From positions 2,208,001 through 2,272,000 of the forward strand of contig OZ245365.1 in NCBI GenBank assembly GCA_965226495.1: a DNA stretch of 64,000 nt, written 5' to 3'. This document shows positions 20,125 to 31,346 of the stretch, piece after piece; within the stretch, counting starts at the first letter, position 1, and each line of letters starts with the position of its first letter. The translations under genes were made by a program, and so were the position numbers. The notes below the pieces were generated by a model. The model did no database searches. It was not told where the DNA came from and saw nothing but the letters and a program-made list of their open reading frames with translations. This DNA comes from Candidatus Marinacidobacterales bacterium (GTDB lineage: Bacteria; Acidobacteriota; Vicinamibacteria; Marinacidobacterales; DATDRI01).

Positions 20125-21333
20125 TTGATCGGTTCCGTGCCAGGATCCGGGCAGAGCGGTCAGTCGTTTCCCTGGAAAATCGTGGCCTCGCTGATAGGGC
20201 TGCTGACCCTCGGGCTGATGGACAATCAGATCTTGGCTCCGCTACTGCCGGAGATCGCGTCGAGCTTCGGCGTTGGAGCGGCGCGCGTAGGACTAACTGT
20301 CTCCGGATACGCATTAGCGGCCGCTGTTGCGGCGCTCATCATTGGTCCTTTGTCCGACCGGGCAGCGAGACGGCCTTTTCTGGTCGCGGCGGGGATGGGC
20401 TTCGGTTTGGCGAGTCTAGCCGTGTTCTTCACTGGATCGTTCTTCCTTTTTGCGGCGGCGCGGTGCTTCGCCGGGGCTTCGGCGGGTGTGATCTCTGCCT
20501 TGGTCGTGGCTTCCATTGCCGACCGCGTTCCCTACGAACGGCGTGGTCGTGCAATGAGCTGGGTCGCCTCCGCGTATGTCGTCGCTCCCATGCTGGGTGT
20601 GCCCGCCGCGTCTTGGCTAGCCGAAGAGTTCGAATGGCGAGCCCTCTACTTACTATTTGGTGGCGCTGCTGCGGTGCTCTCGCTGGCCTTGACGGTTTGG
20701 TTCACGGAGGCATCCACTGCGGACACTGGCGAACGGAGTCACTGGCTGTCGGAGGCTTCGCAGAATTACTACCGGTTTCTGAAAAACAAGGTGACCGCTG
20801 CCGGTGCGCTTTCCGCTTTTTTTGTCTCTGGTGGGATCACCGGCTTTACCATATATCTCTTCGCGTACTTGAGTACGGAGTTCGGCTTCTCTCTCACGGC
20901 GCGCGGCATGGTCTTCCTCGTGAGTGGAGGGGCCGCTTTCTTAGGGGCGTTGGGGGCGGGACCGCTCTCCGATCGGATAGGGAAGCGCCCGGTGGCTATC
21001 TGGGGAAGTGTGGCCCTCGCCGGTCTCGTGTTAATCGTTCCGAGTTTGGGTAGTGGCGGGATCCTTTATGTAGTATTGGGGTTGGTCGGTCTGGCTGCCG
21101 CTTCTCGGATGGCGCCTTTGCAATCGCTGGTGACGGAGTTGGTGAGCCGCGAGGCACGTGGCGCCTACGTGGCCCTGCGCAATACATTTTCCCAACTAGG
21201 TATCGCCGTTGCCGCGGCGGTGGGCGGTCCTCTTCTTTCGAGCTGGGGATTCGGGGCGGTCTGCATCCTTGCCGCAGCCTTTAGCCTGACGGCGGCGCTG
21301 CTGCTGTTGTTGGTGGAAGAGCCCAAAGTGTGA
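20125..21333 (+). CDS. MFS transporter
   Basis: 12 TM pattern, GPLSDRAARRP and GPLSDRIGKRP motif A copies. Confidence 0.92.
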   Translation: MIGSVPGSGQSGQSFPWKIVASLIGLLTLGLMDNQILAPLLPEIASSFGVGAARVGLTVSGYALAAAVAALIIGPLSDRAARRPFLVAAGMGFGLASLAVFFTGSFFLFAAARCFAGASAGVISALVVASIADRVPYERRGRAMSWVASAYVVAPMLGVPAASWLAEEFEWRALYLLFGGAAAVLSLALTVWFTEASTADTGERSHWLSEASQNYYRFLKNKVTAAGALSAFFVSGGITGFTIYLFAYLSTEFGFSLTARGMVFLVSGGAAFLGALGAGPLSDRIGKRPVAIWGSVALAGLVLIVPSLGSGGILYVVLGLVGLAAASRMAPLQSLVTELVSREARGAYVALRNTFSQLGIAVAAAVGGPLLSSWGFGAVCILAAAFSLTAALLLLLVEEPKV

Positions 21334-22274
21334 AGCCGAAGCGACGATCGCTGTTTCGAATCCTGAAGTGGGGCTTTTTGTCGTTGGTCGTTCTGTGCTT
21401 CGTTCTAGTTTTTTTCGTGGCTCCCTACTGGTTGGCACACTTCGTTACGACGTTCGGGACTCGTCCGATGGACCTGGAGCTCACATCCAGCCCGGCAGAG
21501 TTCGACATCGCATTCGAGGAAGTTTCCTTCACGTCGTCCGATGGGGTTCCGCTGAAAGGATGGTATCTAGGAGGTGGAGAACGGGGTGCCTCAATCGTAT
21601 GCGCACACGGACTCTTCCGGTCACGTCGCGAGGTACTGGACCGGGGCGTCTTCTTTCGCCGAGCAGGGTTCAACGTGCTGCTCCTTGATTCTCGCCGGCA
21701 CGGAGAGAGTGGAGGCGAACGAGTCACCCTCGGCTTCAAGGAGCGCTTCGACGTCCAGGGAGGGGTTCGTTTTCTCCGGAACAGAAACCCCGACGATCGA
21801 ATCTTGCTTTTCGGGGTCTCGATGGGCGCCGCGGCCTCGCTTCTTGCTGCGGTGGAGACGCCCGAGGTTGTGTTGGTTATCGCCGACAGCAGCTTTCTTT
21901 CCTTCGAGCATACGATCACCCATCATCTCGATCTCTTCTTCGGCCTGCCACGGTTTCCGATCGGTGACGAATTGATCTTCTTTATCGAGCGCCGTGCCGG
22001 CTTCCGAAAAGAGGAATTCGATTTGGAGCAAGCGGTAGCGAAGATCGGCGACCGGCCCATTTTGTTCATCGCCGGCGGTGAGGATCAGCGAATGCCCATC
22101 GCGCTTCAAAGGAGACTCTACCAGGCAGCAAGGAGCTCGCTAAGTGAGCTAGTGATCGTCGATGGTGCGACACACGGCGCTGCATACCGGACCGAGCCCG
22201 ACACCTACCAGGAGGTACTCCTCGAGTTTCTTGCTAGGGCGATGGAGCCGTCAACACCTACCAGCGGGCAATAA
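21330..22274 (+). CDS. alpha/beta hydrolase with N-terminal membrane anchor
   Basis: HG, RRHGES, GVSMGA nucleophile elbow, GGED, GATH; GTGA overlap with MFS gene. Confidence 0.9.
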   Translation: MKPKRRSLFRILKWGFLSLVVLCFVLVFFVAPYWLAHFVTTFGTRPMDLELTSSPAEFDIAFEEVSFTSSDGVPLKGWYLGGGERGASIVCAHGLFRSRREVLDRGVFFRRAGFNVLLLDSRRHGESGGERVTLGFKERFDVQGGVRFLRNRNPDDRILLFGVSMGAAASLLAAVETPEVVLVIADSSFLSFEHTITHHLDLFFGLPRFPIGDELIFFIERRAGFRKEEFDLEQAVAKIGDRPILFIAGGEDQRMPIALQRRLYQAARSSLSELVIVDGATHGAAYRTEPDTYQEVLLEFLARAMEPSTPTSGQ

Positions 22275-22289
22275 ATAAGCCGAGCCGTT

Positions 22290-22721
22290 TCAGGCGTTGG
22301 GGGTATGAGGCAGTCTGGGAAGCAGGAAATAGCCCTTAACTTCTTGGACCCGGCGCCGGGAGCCAGGATGGCCGGGAGGGCCCGACGAATCGGGATAATG
22401 CCCGAGGAAGGCATCCCGGATGGTCTCGTATTCTTCGAGGGGGAAGTACCGCTGTACGAGGACGGTTGTTCGGAAGCGGGCATCCCAGAAATGAAGGTCC
22501 ACGCGGAGGACTGGCTCCAGTGGGCGAGCCTGTTTGGGGGGCTCCGATCCGTACGTGTCGGCGTCGACCCAGATGGAGATCTCATCGCCCTCGACAATCT
22601 TTCCGTGGCGATGGGTCATGTAGTACCGCCATAGAGGGAACTCTCGCAGGGGAACGAAGCGCAGGGAAGGAGCCTCGCCGGGGGAACGAAGGTAGCACTT
22701 GACGATCTTGACTCTCGCCAT
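22290..22721 (-). CDS. hypothetical protein
   Basis: ATG 22721 after AGGAG; 143 aa globular-looking sequence (MARVKIVKCYLRS...), no family recognised. Confidence 0.65.
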   Translation of the reverse strand: MARVKIVKCYLRSPGEAPSLRFVPLREFPLWRYYMTHRHGKIVEGDEISIWVDADTYGSEPPKQARPLEPVLRVDLHFWDARFRTTVLVQRYFPLEEYETIRDAFLGHYPDSSGPPGHPGSRRRVQEVKGYFLLPRLPHTPNA

Positions 22722-23091
22722 TCGCACTCCTGGCACTCGCAAGTGAACTCCATCGTGCGAGCGCGCAGGTAATCCAAGGAGTCGGCGCGTCGCAGAAGGT
22801 GTAACTTGGAAACTGGGTCCGGGTAGTATACGACGGAACCGCAACCATTGGAAGGGCTAGTTGAAGGGTCGAAAATTCGCGGGCTGAAAGTGGCGCTGGC
22901 AAGCCTGATTGCCGGCACTCCCTATTTTGGCGCACGCAGTACGACCGGGCGGTACGACAACCAAACGTCCCGAAGGATTGATTCTCGACGCCGGACTCCT
23001 TATGATTAGTCGATCCGGGCGGGCAGGCCTCTCGGGGCTCTCGAACCATTGGTTACACCAATCTAATCCCTGGCTAGTCTCTGGCTAATAT

Positions 23092-24522
23092 ATGACCACC
23101 ACGGCTGACGCTCCCGAAGATCTCAACCTCAACAACATCGTCGCTCGGCAATTCCACCGTGCCGCCGAGGCCATGGATTTGCCCGAGGGGCTGCTGAAAC
23201 AGATTAGAGCCTGCAATTCCATCTATTTCATGCAGTTTCCGGTCCAGTTCGGGAACAACTACGAGATCTTCTACGCGTGGAGGGCGGAGCACAGCCAGCA
23301 CCGGAAGCCGTCAAAGGGGGGAATCCGTTATAGCGAATTGGTGGATCAGGATGAGATCACCGCGCTGGCGGCCTTGATGACCTACAAGTGCGCGATCGTC
23401 AACGTTCCCTACGGCGGGGCGAAGGGCGGAATCTCTTTTAATCCAAGGAACTACTCGCGCGAGCAGATCGAGAAAATTACCCGCCGCTTCACCGCAGAGC
23501 TCATCACGAAGAATTTTATCGGGCCAGGGATCGACGTCCCCGCCCCCGACGTGGGAACAGGCGAACGGGAGATGGCGTGGATAGCGGACACCTACGACGC
23601 GTTTCATCCTGGCGGCATCGATAATTTGGCCTGTGTGACGGGCAAGCCGGTGACGCAGGGGGGAGTACGCGGACGAAAAGAGGCGACGGGTCGGGGGGTC
23701 GCTTTCGGTCTCCAGAAGGCTCTGGAAACCCCAGACGACTTCAAGAAATTGGGCCTGTCCCGAGGCCTGGACGGCAAGACCGTCGCGATCCAGGGGTTTG
23801 GGAACGTCGGCTATCACGCCGCCAAGTTCATCGGCGAAGCGGGAGCCAAGGTGGTCGCGATCGGTGAGTGGAACGGCGGTGTTCAAGACCCCAAGGGATT
23901 GGACATCGAAGCTTTGGACGCGTACCGACGCGAGACCGGCGGTATTGTCGGTTTTCCGGACGCTAGGGAGCTGGAGAATCCCGGAGATGTGCTCGAATTG
24001 GAGTGTGACATTCTGATCCCGGCTGCACTGGAAAATCAACTGACGAGGGACAATGCGCCCTTCGTCAAAGCGAAGATCGTTGCCGAGGCAGCGAATGGTC
24101 CAACCACTACCGAAGCGGAGAAAATTCTGTTGGATCGCGGGACCTTCATCATCCCGGACGTCTACTTGAACGCCGGCGGCGTCGTTGTCTCATATTTCGA
24201 ATGGGGCAAGAATCTCTCGCACATGCGATACGGATTGCTTCAAAAGCGGCTCGAAGAGGCGAAGAATGAAACGCTATTGAAGGCCGCCGAGGAGCTGAGT
24301 GGGCGGAGCTTGTCCGATAGTCTCCGGAGCAGATTGTCGGTTCCGCCAAGCGAAGAGGCGCTCGTCAACAGCGGCCTCGAAGAGAAGATGAGTCGCGCGT
24401 ATGAGGAAATCCGGGAAGTCTTGCTCACTCGCGACAAGGTCAAGGAAATGCGGACCGCCGCGTATGTGGTGGCCATCGAGAAAATCGCACGCTCCTACAT
24501 GGAGCTTGGAATCTTCCCCTGA
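23092..24522 (+). CDS. gdhA: Glu/Leu/Phe/Val dehydrogenase (glutamate dehydrogenase)
   Basis: KGGIRY, LMTYKCA, GGAKGG, DVPAPD, VTGKP, QGFGNVG, EAANGP, SYFEW. Confidence 0.95.
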   Translation: MTTTADAPEDLNLNNIVARQFHRAAEAMDLPEGLLKQIRACNSIYFMQFPVQFGNNYEIFYAWRAEHSQHRKPSKGGIRYSELVDQDEITALAALMTYKCAIVNVPYGGAKGGISFNPRNYSREQIEKITRRFTAELITKNFIGPGIDVPAPDVGTGEREMAWIADTYDAFHPGGIDNLACVTGKPVTQGGVRGRKEATGRGVAFGLQKALETPDDFKKLGLSRGLDGKTVAIQGFGNVGYHAAKFIGEAGAKVVAIGEWNGGVQDPKGLDIEALDAYRRETGGIVGFPDARELENPGDVLELECDILIPAALENQLTRDNAPFVKAKIVAEAANGPTTTEAEKILLDRGTFIIPDVYLNAGGVVVSYFEWGKNLSHMRYGLLQKRLEEAKNETLLKAAEELSGRSLSDSLRSRLSVPPSEEALVNSGLEEKMSRAYEEIREVLLTRDKVKEMRTAAYVVAIEKIARSYMELGIFP

Positions 24523-24563
24523 TCGGAAAAATGACCCGGAAATGACCCGGAAAGGAAACAAGC

Positions 24564-25118
24564 TTGACCCTCGCCAATCAGCTGACCGTCCTCCGGATGT
24601 GCCTGGTTCCTGTCTTGGTCATCCTGGTCATCTACGGCTATTTCGGTTGGGCCCTGGCGGTGTTCGCGATTGCGGGAATCACTGATGCGCTCGATGGGCT
24701 CTTCGCGCGGGTGCGCCAGGAACGGACGCAGCTGGGCACGATTCTCGATCCTCTTGCGGATAAGCTTCTGGTGGTCAGTTCGCTCATCGTACTGTCGATT
24801 CCCAACCCCTTGCTGACTGTTCGCATTCCGGCCTGGATTACCATCCTCACCATTAGTCGCGACGCCGGCATTCTTCTTACCGTCATCTCGGTCAACTTGG
24901 CGGTGGGGAGGCGAATCTTTCCGCCCACGCTTCTCGGCAAGGCGACCACGATAGTGCAGTTGGTTACTATCTTGTGGATCTTCTGGTGCAACTATCGAGG
25001 GACGACCTTTGCCGCTACCGATTCTCTCCTAATATTAATGGTCGTCTTTACGATCGCTTCCGCTCTTCACTACATCTACCACGCGCGCAAACTCATGGCA
25101 GGGTGGGAAGCGGACTAG
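24564..25118 (+). CDS. pgsA: CDP-alcohol phosphatidyltransferase (PgsA/cardiolipin synthase-like)
   Basis: ANQLT..R, TDALDG..AR.....T.LG..LDPLADK; TTG start. Confidence 0.85.
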   Translation: MTLANQLTVLRMCLVPVLVILVIYGYFGWALAVFAIAGITDALDGLFARVRQERTQLGTILDPLADKLLVVSSLIVLSIPNPLLTVRIPAWITILTISRDAGILLTVISVNLAVGRRIFPPTLLGKATTIVQLVTILWIFWCNYRGTTFAATDSLLILMVVFTIASALHYIYHARKLMAGWEAD

Positions 25119-25129
25119 TTGGAACGGGA

Positions 25130-26092
25130 CTAGGCGAGTCCCAGCTTCTGGCGGAAGTACTCGATGGCACGGGCTAGACCGTCTTCGAGCGTCACCTCGG
25201 GCTGCCAACTCAGGATCGTTTGCGCTCGAGTAATGTCCGGCTGGCGCACCTTCGGATCGTCGACCGGCAAAGGCTTGAGCTCGATGCCCACTGGTGCGCC
25301 GGCGAGCCGTTGGATCGTTTCCGCGAGCTCAAGAATCGTCATCTCCGTCGGGTTTCCCAGGTTAACCGGCTCATTGAAGTTCGATGTGAGTAGGCGGTAG
25401 AGACCTTCGACGAGATCGCTCACGTAGCAGAAGCTCCTGGTCTGATTCCCTTCACCGAATACAGTCAGCGGCTCACCTTGGAGCGCTTGGCTGACGAAGG
25501 CGGGGATCGCCCGTCCATCCTTCACCCGCATGCGTGGACCATAGGTATTGAAGATCCGGGCGATCTTGACGTCGATGCCGTGATAACGATGGTAGGCGAT
25601 CGCCATCGCTTCGGCGAATCGCTTGGCTTCATCGTAGACGCCCCGGGGCCCGATGGGGTTCACGTTGCCCCAGTACTCTTCCTTCTGGGGATGCACCAAG
25701 GGGTCGCCGTAGACCTCCGAGGTGGAGGCGAGCAGATAAGTCGCTCCTTTGGCCCGTGCCAATCCTAGCGTCTTGTGGGTTCCGAGGGATCCAACTTTAA
25801 GCGTTTGGATCGGGAGCTCCAAGTAGTCGATGGGGCTCGCAGGGCTCGCAAAATGAAGGATGTAGTCGAGGGGTCCGTCAACCTCGATCTCTTCTGTGAC
25901 GTCGTGCTCGATGAGGGTGAACGCTCCACTTTCGACGTGTGCCAAGTTGGCTCGATTGCCGGTGATGAAGTTGTCCATGCCGATGACGGCGTAGCCCTTG
26001 GCGAGAAAATAGTCGACGAGATGAGAGCCGATGAAACCCGCGGCTCCGGTGATTAAGATACGCTTGTCGTTACTGTCAGGCTTGTTAGGCAA
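25130..26092 (-). CDS. UDP-glucuronic acid decarboxylase (UDP-xylose synthase) family SDR
   Basis: [45 protein letters not shown]; start set at TTG 26092. Confidence 0.93.
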   Translation of the reverse strand: MPNKPDSNDKRILITGAAGFIGSHLVDYFLAKGYAVIGMDNFITGNRANLAHVESGAFTLIEHDVTEEIEVDGPLDYILHFASPASPIDYLELPIQTLKVGSLGTHKTLGLARAKGATYLLASTSEVYGDPLVHPQKEEYWGNVNPIGPRGVYDEAKRFAEAMAIAYHRYHGIDVKIARIFNTYGPRMRVKDGRAIPAFVSQALQGEPLTVFGEGNQTRSFCYVSDLVEGLYRLLTSNFNEPVNLGNPTEMTILELAETIQRLAGAPVGIELKPLPVDDPKVRQPDITRAQTILSWQPEVTLEDGLARAIEYFRQKLGLA

Positions 26093-26099
26093 TGCGATC

Positions 26100-27539
26100 T
26101 CAGTAAGCGTGTCGGTGGAGGAAAACTCTCCAGAAGGTGAGCCACAGAATCTTGAAGTCCAGCCCCAGCGTCCAGTTCTCGATGTAATAGAGGTCGTGCT
26201 CGATGCGTTTCTCGATGGAGGTGTTGCCTCGCCAGCCATTCACTTGGGCCCAGCCGGTCATCCCCGACTTCACCTTATGACGAAGCATGTACTGGGGGAT
26301 TCGCTCTTTGAACTCCAAGACGAATCGCGGCCGCTCTGGACGAGGACCTACTAGCGACATGTCGCCTCGGAGCACATTGTAGAGCTGTGGGAGTTCGTCA
26401 ATGCTGAGCCGGCGAAGGATACCGCCGAGCGGAGTACGACGCGGATCGTTCGGGTTGGCCCAGACCGGGCCTGTCTCCTTCTCGGCGTCTTCGCGCATAG
26501 AGCGGAACTTATAGATGTTGAATGGCGTGCCGTCGAGACCCATTCTCTCCTGGGCGTAGAAAACCGAGCCCTTGGAAGTGAGCTTGATCAGAACCGCGAT
26601 TACCGCGAACGGTATCGTGGCGAGTGCGAGCAGAACCGAGGAGATGACTATGTCGATGGTTCTTTTCTGAACCCAGTTCCAACCTTGAATCGGCGTTTCG
26701 GCGAGGCTAATCACCGGGATGCCGTCGAGATCTTCGACGCCCGCTCGCAGCGCCACATGGGTCAGGTAATCCCACGCCACTTTGACGTCGAGCCCCTCCC
26801 GGCTAGCGAACCCGATAAGACTCTTGATCTTCTCGTGGTGTTCGAGGGGGAGAGCGACGTAAAGTGAGTGCACCTGCCGCTCGGCGATGACCAGCTCCAC
26901 TTCATCGATGGTTCCTACCACCGGGAGCCCTCGATAGCCGGCGAACTCCCCTCGAAAGTCGTCATCGATAAATCCCAGGACACGGAAACCGAGCTCCTGA
27001 TGGTCGATGAACTTGTCTGCCACCGACCGACCGAGCTCTCCGGCGCCCGCAATCAGGATGTTGCGAAGGCCCTCACCCCTGCGCCAGCGCGCCTCGCGCT
27101 GTTTACGGATCAGCGAACGGGTAAGCGTAAGGAGAACGATGTCGAAACCGACGAATAGTCCGAGGACCAGTTGTGAAAATTCATAGCGACCAGAGATCTC
27201 GGGCGGCCCGTAGAAGTAGTAGACACGCAGATACAAGGCGACGAACAGGGTCGCCGCGGTACCCATGGCGACCGCCCAAACGATAGAAAAGAGCTCGTCG
27301 ATGCGGGAGCGCAGTCGCCTAAGATTGTATAGGCCATGTAGATAGAAGAGGAGCGGCCATAATATAGTGATAAGCGGCAGGAGAAGGGCGTACTGACTTA
27401 GGGGGTTGATTCCCTTTGTGACCTGAACGATCTCGATGTTGAAACGAACGAAGTACGCGAGAAGAAAGGCGACGTAGGTAGCGACGAGGTCGCCGAGAAC
27501 GTACAGGACGGTGTGGCTTCGGCTCTGGTGTTTGACCAT
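26100..27539 (-). CDS. wcaJ: undecaprenyl-phosphate glucose phosphotransferase
   Basis: N-terminal TMs, CoA-binding-like domain, [47 protein letters not shown]. Confidence 0.93.
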   Translation of the reverse strand: MVKHQSRSHTVLYVLGDLVATYVAFLLAYFVRFNIEIVQVTKGINPLSQYALLLPLITILWPLLFYLHGLYNLRRLRSRIDELFSIVWAVAMGTAATLFVALYLRVYYFYGPPEISGRYEFSQLVLGLFVGFDIVLLTLTRSLIRKQREARWRRGEGLRNILIAGAGELGRSVADKFIDHQELGFRVLGFIDDDFRGEFAGYRGLPVVGTIDEVELVIAERQVHSLYVALPLEHHEKIKSLIGFASREGLDVKVAWDYLTHVALRAGVEDLDGIPVISLAETPIQGWNWVQKRTIDIVISSVLLALATIPFAVIAVLIKLTSKGSVFYAQERMGLDGTPFNIYKFRSMREDAEKETGPVWANPNDPRRTPLGGILRRLSIDELPQLYNVLRGDMSLVGPRPERPRFVLEFKERIPQYMLRHKVKSGMTGWAQVNGWRGNTSIEKRIEHDLYYIENWTLGLDFKILWLTFWRVFLHRHAY

Positions 27540-27565
27540 CTCGAGTTGTCAACCGGTCATAATTA

Positions 27566-28651
27566 TCAAGGCAGGGCAAGCTTTTCGTTGATATAAGCCC
27601 TGATGCGGTCTTTGAAGTGCTGGCGAGAAAAGCCGAGCGCCCAGCTCCTAACAGCCTTTCTATTAAAACGCAGCGAAGAAACCCTGTCAATAGCATCGGA
27701 TAGAGCCTCGGGCGAAGATTCGGAGAAAAAGACTCCGGTCTCCCCGTCCCGCACCGACTCGAGCGCTCCGCCTTCGGCGAAAGCGACCACCGGCCGCCCA
27801 CACGCCTGGGCCTCCACCGGAACGATGCCGAAGTCCTCTACCCCTGGCAACAGGGCTGCCTGACACCGCTGGTAGAGAGGGCGGAGTTCCCGCTGGGATA
27901 GGCCGCCCAGAAAGCGAATGTTCCTGCCGGCTCGTGCTTTGAGCTTGGCCTCTTGTGGCCCGGTCCCGACGATCAGCAGAGGTTCGCTCCTCTTGTTGAA
28001 CGCATCGATAGCCAGCTCGAGTCGCTTATAGGGGACCAAGGCCGAGACGATCAAGTAATAGTCTTCGGGCTCCTCATCGGTCGGTACGTAGACGTCCGTG
28101 TCGACCGGCGGGTAAATGACCTCCGCCTGTCGGCGGTAGTACGTCTGGATGCGCCCTGCCACGTGCTTCGAGTTGGCGATGAAATGGTCGACGCGCGCCG
28201 CGGACGCGACGTCCCATTTCCTGAGGTAGTGGGCTATGGGGCCATAGACCAGCCTCGCCTTCACGCCGTTGCCGAAATAGTCTCCGAAGCGATCCCACAC
28301 GTAACGCATCGGCGTGTGACAGTAGCAGATGTGCATCGAATCTGGAGGCGTTATGACACCCTTTGCCACGCAGTGACTGCTGGAGACGACGAGATCGTAG
28401 CCATCGAGGTCGAGCGACTCGACCGCCCAGGGATAGATGGGCAAGTACCAGCGATAAAGGCTTTTTACCGCGGGAAATTTTTGCGTGAAGGCGGTACGTA
28501 TCGGATGGGACTCGATGATCTGGCTCGTCGAGTCGGGGATGTGCACCATCGTAAAGAGCGTGGCATCTGGGTAGAGCTCGCAGAGAGCCTCCAAGACCTT
28601 TTCGCCGCCCCGGAGCCCGGTGAGCCAATCATGAATTAGAGCGACTCGCAT
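27566..28651 (-). CDS. glycosyltransferase family 4
   Basis: [45 protein letters not shown]. Confidence 0.93.
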   Translation of the reverse strand: MRVALIHDWLTGLRGGEKVLEALCELYPDATLFTMVHIPDSTSQIIESHPIRTAFTQKFPAVKSLYRWYLPIYPWAVESLDLDGYDLVVSSSHCVAKGVITPPDSMHICYCHTPMRYVWDRFGDYFGNGVKARLVYGPIAHYLRKWDVASAARVDHFIANSKHVAGRIQTYYRRQAEVIYPPVDTDVYVPTDEEPEDYYLIVSALVPYKRLELAIDAFNKRSEPLLIVGTGPQEAKLKARAGRNIRFLGGLSQRELRPLYQRCQAALLPGVEDFGIVPVEAQACGRPVVAFAEGGALESVRDGETGVFFSESSPEALSDAIDRVSSLRFNRKAVRSWALGFSRQHFKDRIRAYINEKLALP

Positions 28652-29798
28652 GTGTGGTCTGTGCCTCGGCGGACGGAGTGCCGCTGATTCCCAAAGCTTG
28701 CCGGTACGCCTGATGGACTTGTGCCGCCGAGCCTTCCCAGGAGAATTGCTTCGCGCGCTCGTATCCATCGGCGATGAGTCGGTTGCGCAACGTGGGATCG
28801 GTCAGTATTTCGCGGATGGCCTTTGCGATCTGATCGATATTGTAAGGATCGACGGTGAGCGCCGCATTGCCGACGACCTCGGGTAGCGAAGAAATGTTGG
28901 ATGTCACTACTGGAGTTCCGTTCGCCATCGCTTCTAGTGGAGGGAGTCCGAAACCCTCGTAGAGAGACGGAAAGGCGAACACGTCGGCGATTTTGTACAG
29001 AGCCACTAGGGTCGGCTCGGGAACGAAACCGAAGAAACGCACGTTGCGCCGAACCTGATGGCGCTCCACCGTCCGTCGGAGGGATGGGTACTTGGAAATG
29101 TCGTCACCCACGACGATGAGGGTCAGGTCCGAGTACTCGGGATCTTCCCGGACCTTGGCAAACGCAGCGATCAATCTCTCGACATTCTTGTGTGGTTTGA
29201 TGTTTCCAACGAAGAGGACAGTTCTCCCGAAGATCTGAAACCTTTCCTTTACCTGAGCGAGCTCTTCAGCGGAGAGTCCTTCGGTAATAGCACTGTCCAG
29301 TCCATTGGGAATGACCACGATCTTATCCGGGCTCACTTCGAAAAAAGTCAGCAGGTCTCTTTTCGACGAGTCGGAGACCGTCAACACGAGCTCGGCCTTC
29401 TCGAGGGCTCGCCGAATCATGTAGCGCGCATAGTGGCTGGCCATACGTGACGGCAGATACTGAGGGAAAAGCAAATGGATGACGTCGTGTATCGTTACGA
29501 CCGATCGGCACGGAGTCATGAGGGGCAAAACGTAGTGTGGCGTGTGGAACAAATCGACGCGCAGGCGTCGCAGAGCTGCTGGAATACCGATGTGCTCGCG
29601 GATCGAGTAGTTGGGGGCACTGACCCGGACGGGAGTGACGTGAGCGTTGAGAGAGCGAACCAGTTCCTCATCCTGCCGATAACACAAGAGAAAGTACTCG
29701 GTCTCCTGATCCACGCTCGGTAGGTGCTTGATGAGGTTGCGAATGTACGTGCCGATGCCGAAGTCGTTGATCTTTCGGACATCGAGGGCGATTTTCAT
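28629..29798 (-). CDS. glycosyltransferase family 4 (GT1 / mannosyltransferase-like)
   Basis: [33 protein letters not shown]. Confidence 0.93.
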   Translation of the reverse strand: MKIALDVRKINDFGIGTYIRNLIKHLPSVDQETEYFLLCYRQDEELVRSLNAHVTPVRVSAPNYSIREHIGIPAALRRLRVDLFHTPHYVLPLMTPCRSVVTIHDVIHLLFPQYLPSRMASHYARYMIRRALEKAELVLTVSDSSKRDLLTFFEVSPDKIVVIPNGLDSAITEGLSAEELAQVKERFQIFGRTVLFVGNIKPHKNVERLIAAFAKVREDPEYSDLTLIVVGDDISKYPSLRRTVERHQVRRNVRFFGFVPEPTLVALYKIADVFAFPSLYEGFGLPPLEAMANGTPVVTSNISSLPEVVGNAALTVDPYNIDQIAKAIREILTDPTLRNRLIADGYERAKQFSWEGSAAQVHQAYRQALGISGTPSAEAQTTHASRSNS

Positions 29799-29809
29799 GG
29801 ATCGAGCTA

Positions 29810-30373
29810 CTAATGAATGATTTCGAGGCCGAGGAGTGTAAGCAAAATGAGGTAAGCGCACCAGGCGATAACCACACCGACACCGTGGACACGAGGTTTC
29901 CGCGAAAGGATCAACACGACCAATAGCACTACGATGGCCGCGTTGAAACCGGCGCCCAGAGGCAGACCGCCTCCGAAAAGCACGTCCCCTCCAATCACCC
30001 ATAGCTGTACGATCGCGAGCAGCCAAAGGAAACCGCGGCTCACGACGTGACCTACTCCGCGCTCCTCGGCGCCGGCGAGCGCCGCGTCTTTCAGCAAAAG
30101 GTTAGTAGCGAGAAAAAGGACAATCGGCCCGCTGATAACGTAAAGGAACGCGATGAACGTCCATTCCTTTGTTCCCAGGATCTCCGCCGTCTGCCAGAAG
30201 AGATCGAAGTGCACCAAAAGCAGCAGGAGAATCCAGCTAATGTGACAGGATTTGCGCCTAATTCTCACGCCGTGCGCTACTTCCTCGGCCAACGATGCGA
30301 GAATGTTTGCGATCCCTAACGTCAGGATCGTCACGAACATGATCGCGACGAGCAGGGTCTTAGGTTCCGTCAT
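29810..30373 (-). CDS. hypothetical membrane protein (about 6 TM)
   Basis: 187 aa, strongly hydrophobic; 6 bp after senB stop, 11 bp before GT4 start. Confidence 0.8.
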   Translation of the reverse strand: MTEPKTLLVAIMFVTILTLGIANILASLAEEVAHGVRIRRKSCHISWILLLLLVHFDLFWQTAEILGTKEWTFIAFLYVISGPIVLFLATNLLLKDAALAGAEERGVGHVVSRGFLWLLAIVQLWVIGGDVLFGGGLPLGAGFNAAIVVLLVVLILSRKPRVHGVGVVIAWCAYLILLTLLGLEIIH

Positions 30374-30379
30374 GCGGCG

Positions 30380-31336
30380 CTATGATACAACAAACTCTGC
30401 GAGAAGGTCCCGCCATGCGTCTGCTTCCCGTGCCGGATCGACGAAGTGGGTAAGGCGTTGGCAGGTCTGTACAAGCGTTTGGAAAAACGAGTGGTCGGAC
30501 TCGGCGCGCTCGAGAAGAGTTGATAGCTGCTGGGTATGTCCCGTCTCGAAATACCCGGGATAGTCGTCACCAAGAATCCCAACATTGCCGGGAATTCGAC
30601 TGGCGAGAATCGGAACCGAGGCGGCGATAGCTTCCGAGGCGACATTGGCACCGCCTTCCAGAAGGGAAGAGATGACGAGGAGGTGGCTCCCGCTGAGAAG
30701 CTTCTTCGACTCTTTTCGAGATAGGCCCTCGATCCAGCGGTAACGCGGGTTTTGGCTTTCTTCTTCTCGTGCCTCTTGGGCTGCCATTTCGCTCAGCGCC
30801 TGGCCGGCGTGAATGACTCGAGTGCGGGACGTGGACGGAAGAAGGCGCGCCGCATATGCCGCGCGCAGTGGGTCCTTCACCTCGCGTAGGTGCGCGAGAA
30901 CACATACCTGGAAGACATCCATTGGTTTGGGGCTGGTCTGAACCGGCGCCGTCGCGGATTGAAAAATCACACGGGTCTTGTCGTGCAGATGTGAAGGAAG
31001 CTCCTCGATGGCTTTGGGCTGAAGCACGACCAAACGGTCGGCGATCTCGATGGAGTGTTGTGCTTCGGGCGAGACTTTGATGTCACGGTACACATCGGTT
31101 CCAGCTAGTCCGACGATGATCGGTCGACCGCGGTGGCGCTCTCGGAATTCCACGACGGCTGCTGCGCTGCGACGAGCATGAAGTGCGATGAGAATGTCTT
31201 GGGCCGTACCTTCGTACGTCGTCGTGATCGCGACCCGATGTCCTAGCTCGACGAGGAGCTCCGCCCAGCGACTGGCCGTGACCGCGTTTCCGAGGAGGGC
31301 ATCGGGCGAAGCGGGAGTGACGAGGGCGACTTCCAT
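30380..31336 (-). CDS. senB: selenosugar synthase SenB (TIGR04348-type glycosyltransferase)
   Basis: LVTPA..GNAVTASRW, ALHARRS, GTDVYRD, HLREVKDP, SSLLEGGANV, YPGYF; adjacent to an EgtB-like gene, the established senA-senB order. Confidence 0.88.
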   Translation of the reverse strand: MEVALVTPASPDALLGNAVTASRWAELLVELGHRVAITTTYEGTAQDILIALHARRSAAAVVEFRERHRGRPIIVGLAGTDVYRDIKVSPEAQHSIEIADRLVVLQPKAIEELPSHLHDKTRVIFQSATAPVQTSPKPMDVFQVCVLAHLREVKDPLRAAYAARLLPSTSRTRVIHAGQALSEMAAQEAREEESQNPRYRWIEGLSRKESKKLLSGSHLLVISSLLEGGANVASEAIAASVPILASRIPGNVGILGDDYPGYFETGHTQQLSTLLERAESDHSFFQTLVQTCQRLTHFVDPAREADAWRDLLAEFVVS

Positions 31337-31346
31337 ACGGAGGCGC

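Noticed and set aside
22896-22914. sigma54 promoter (TGGC...TTGC)
   Set aside because: Spacing is one base too long on both strands for the -24/-12 consensus.
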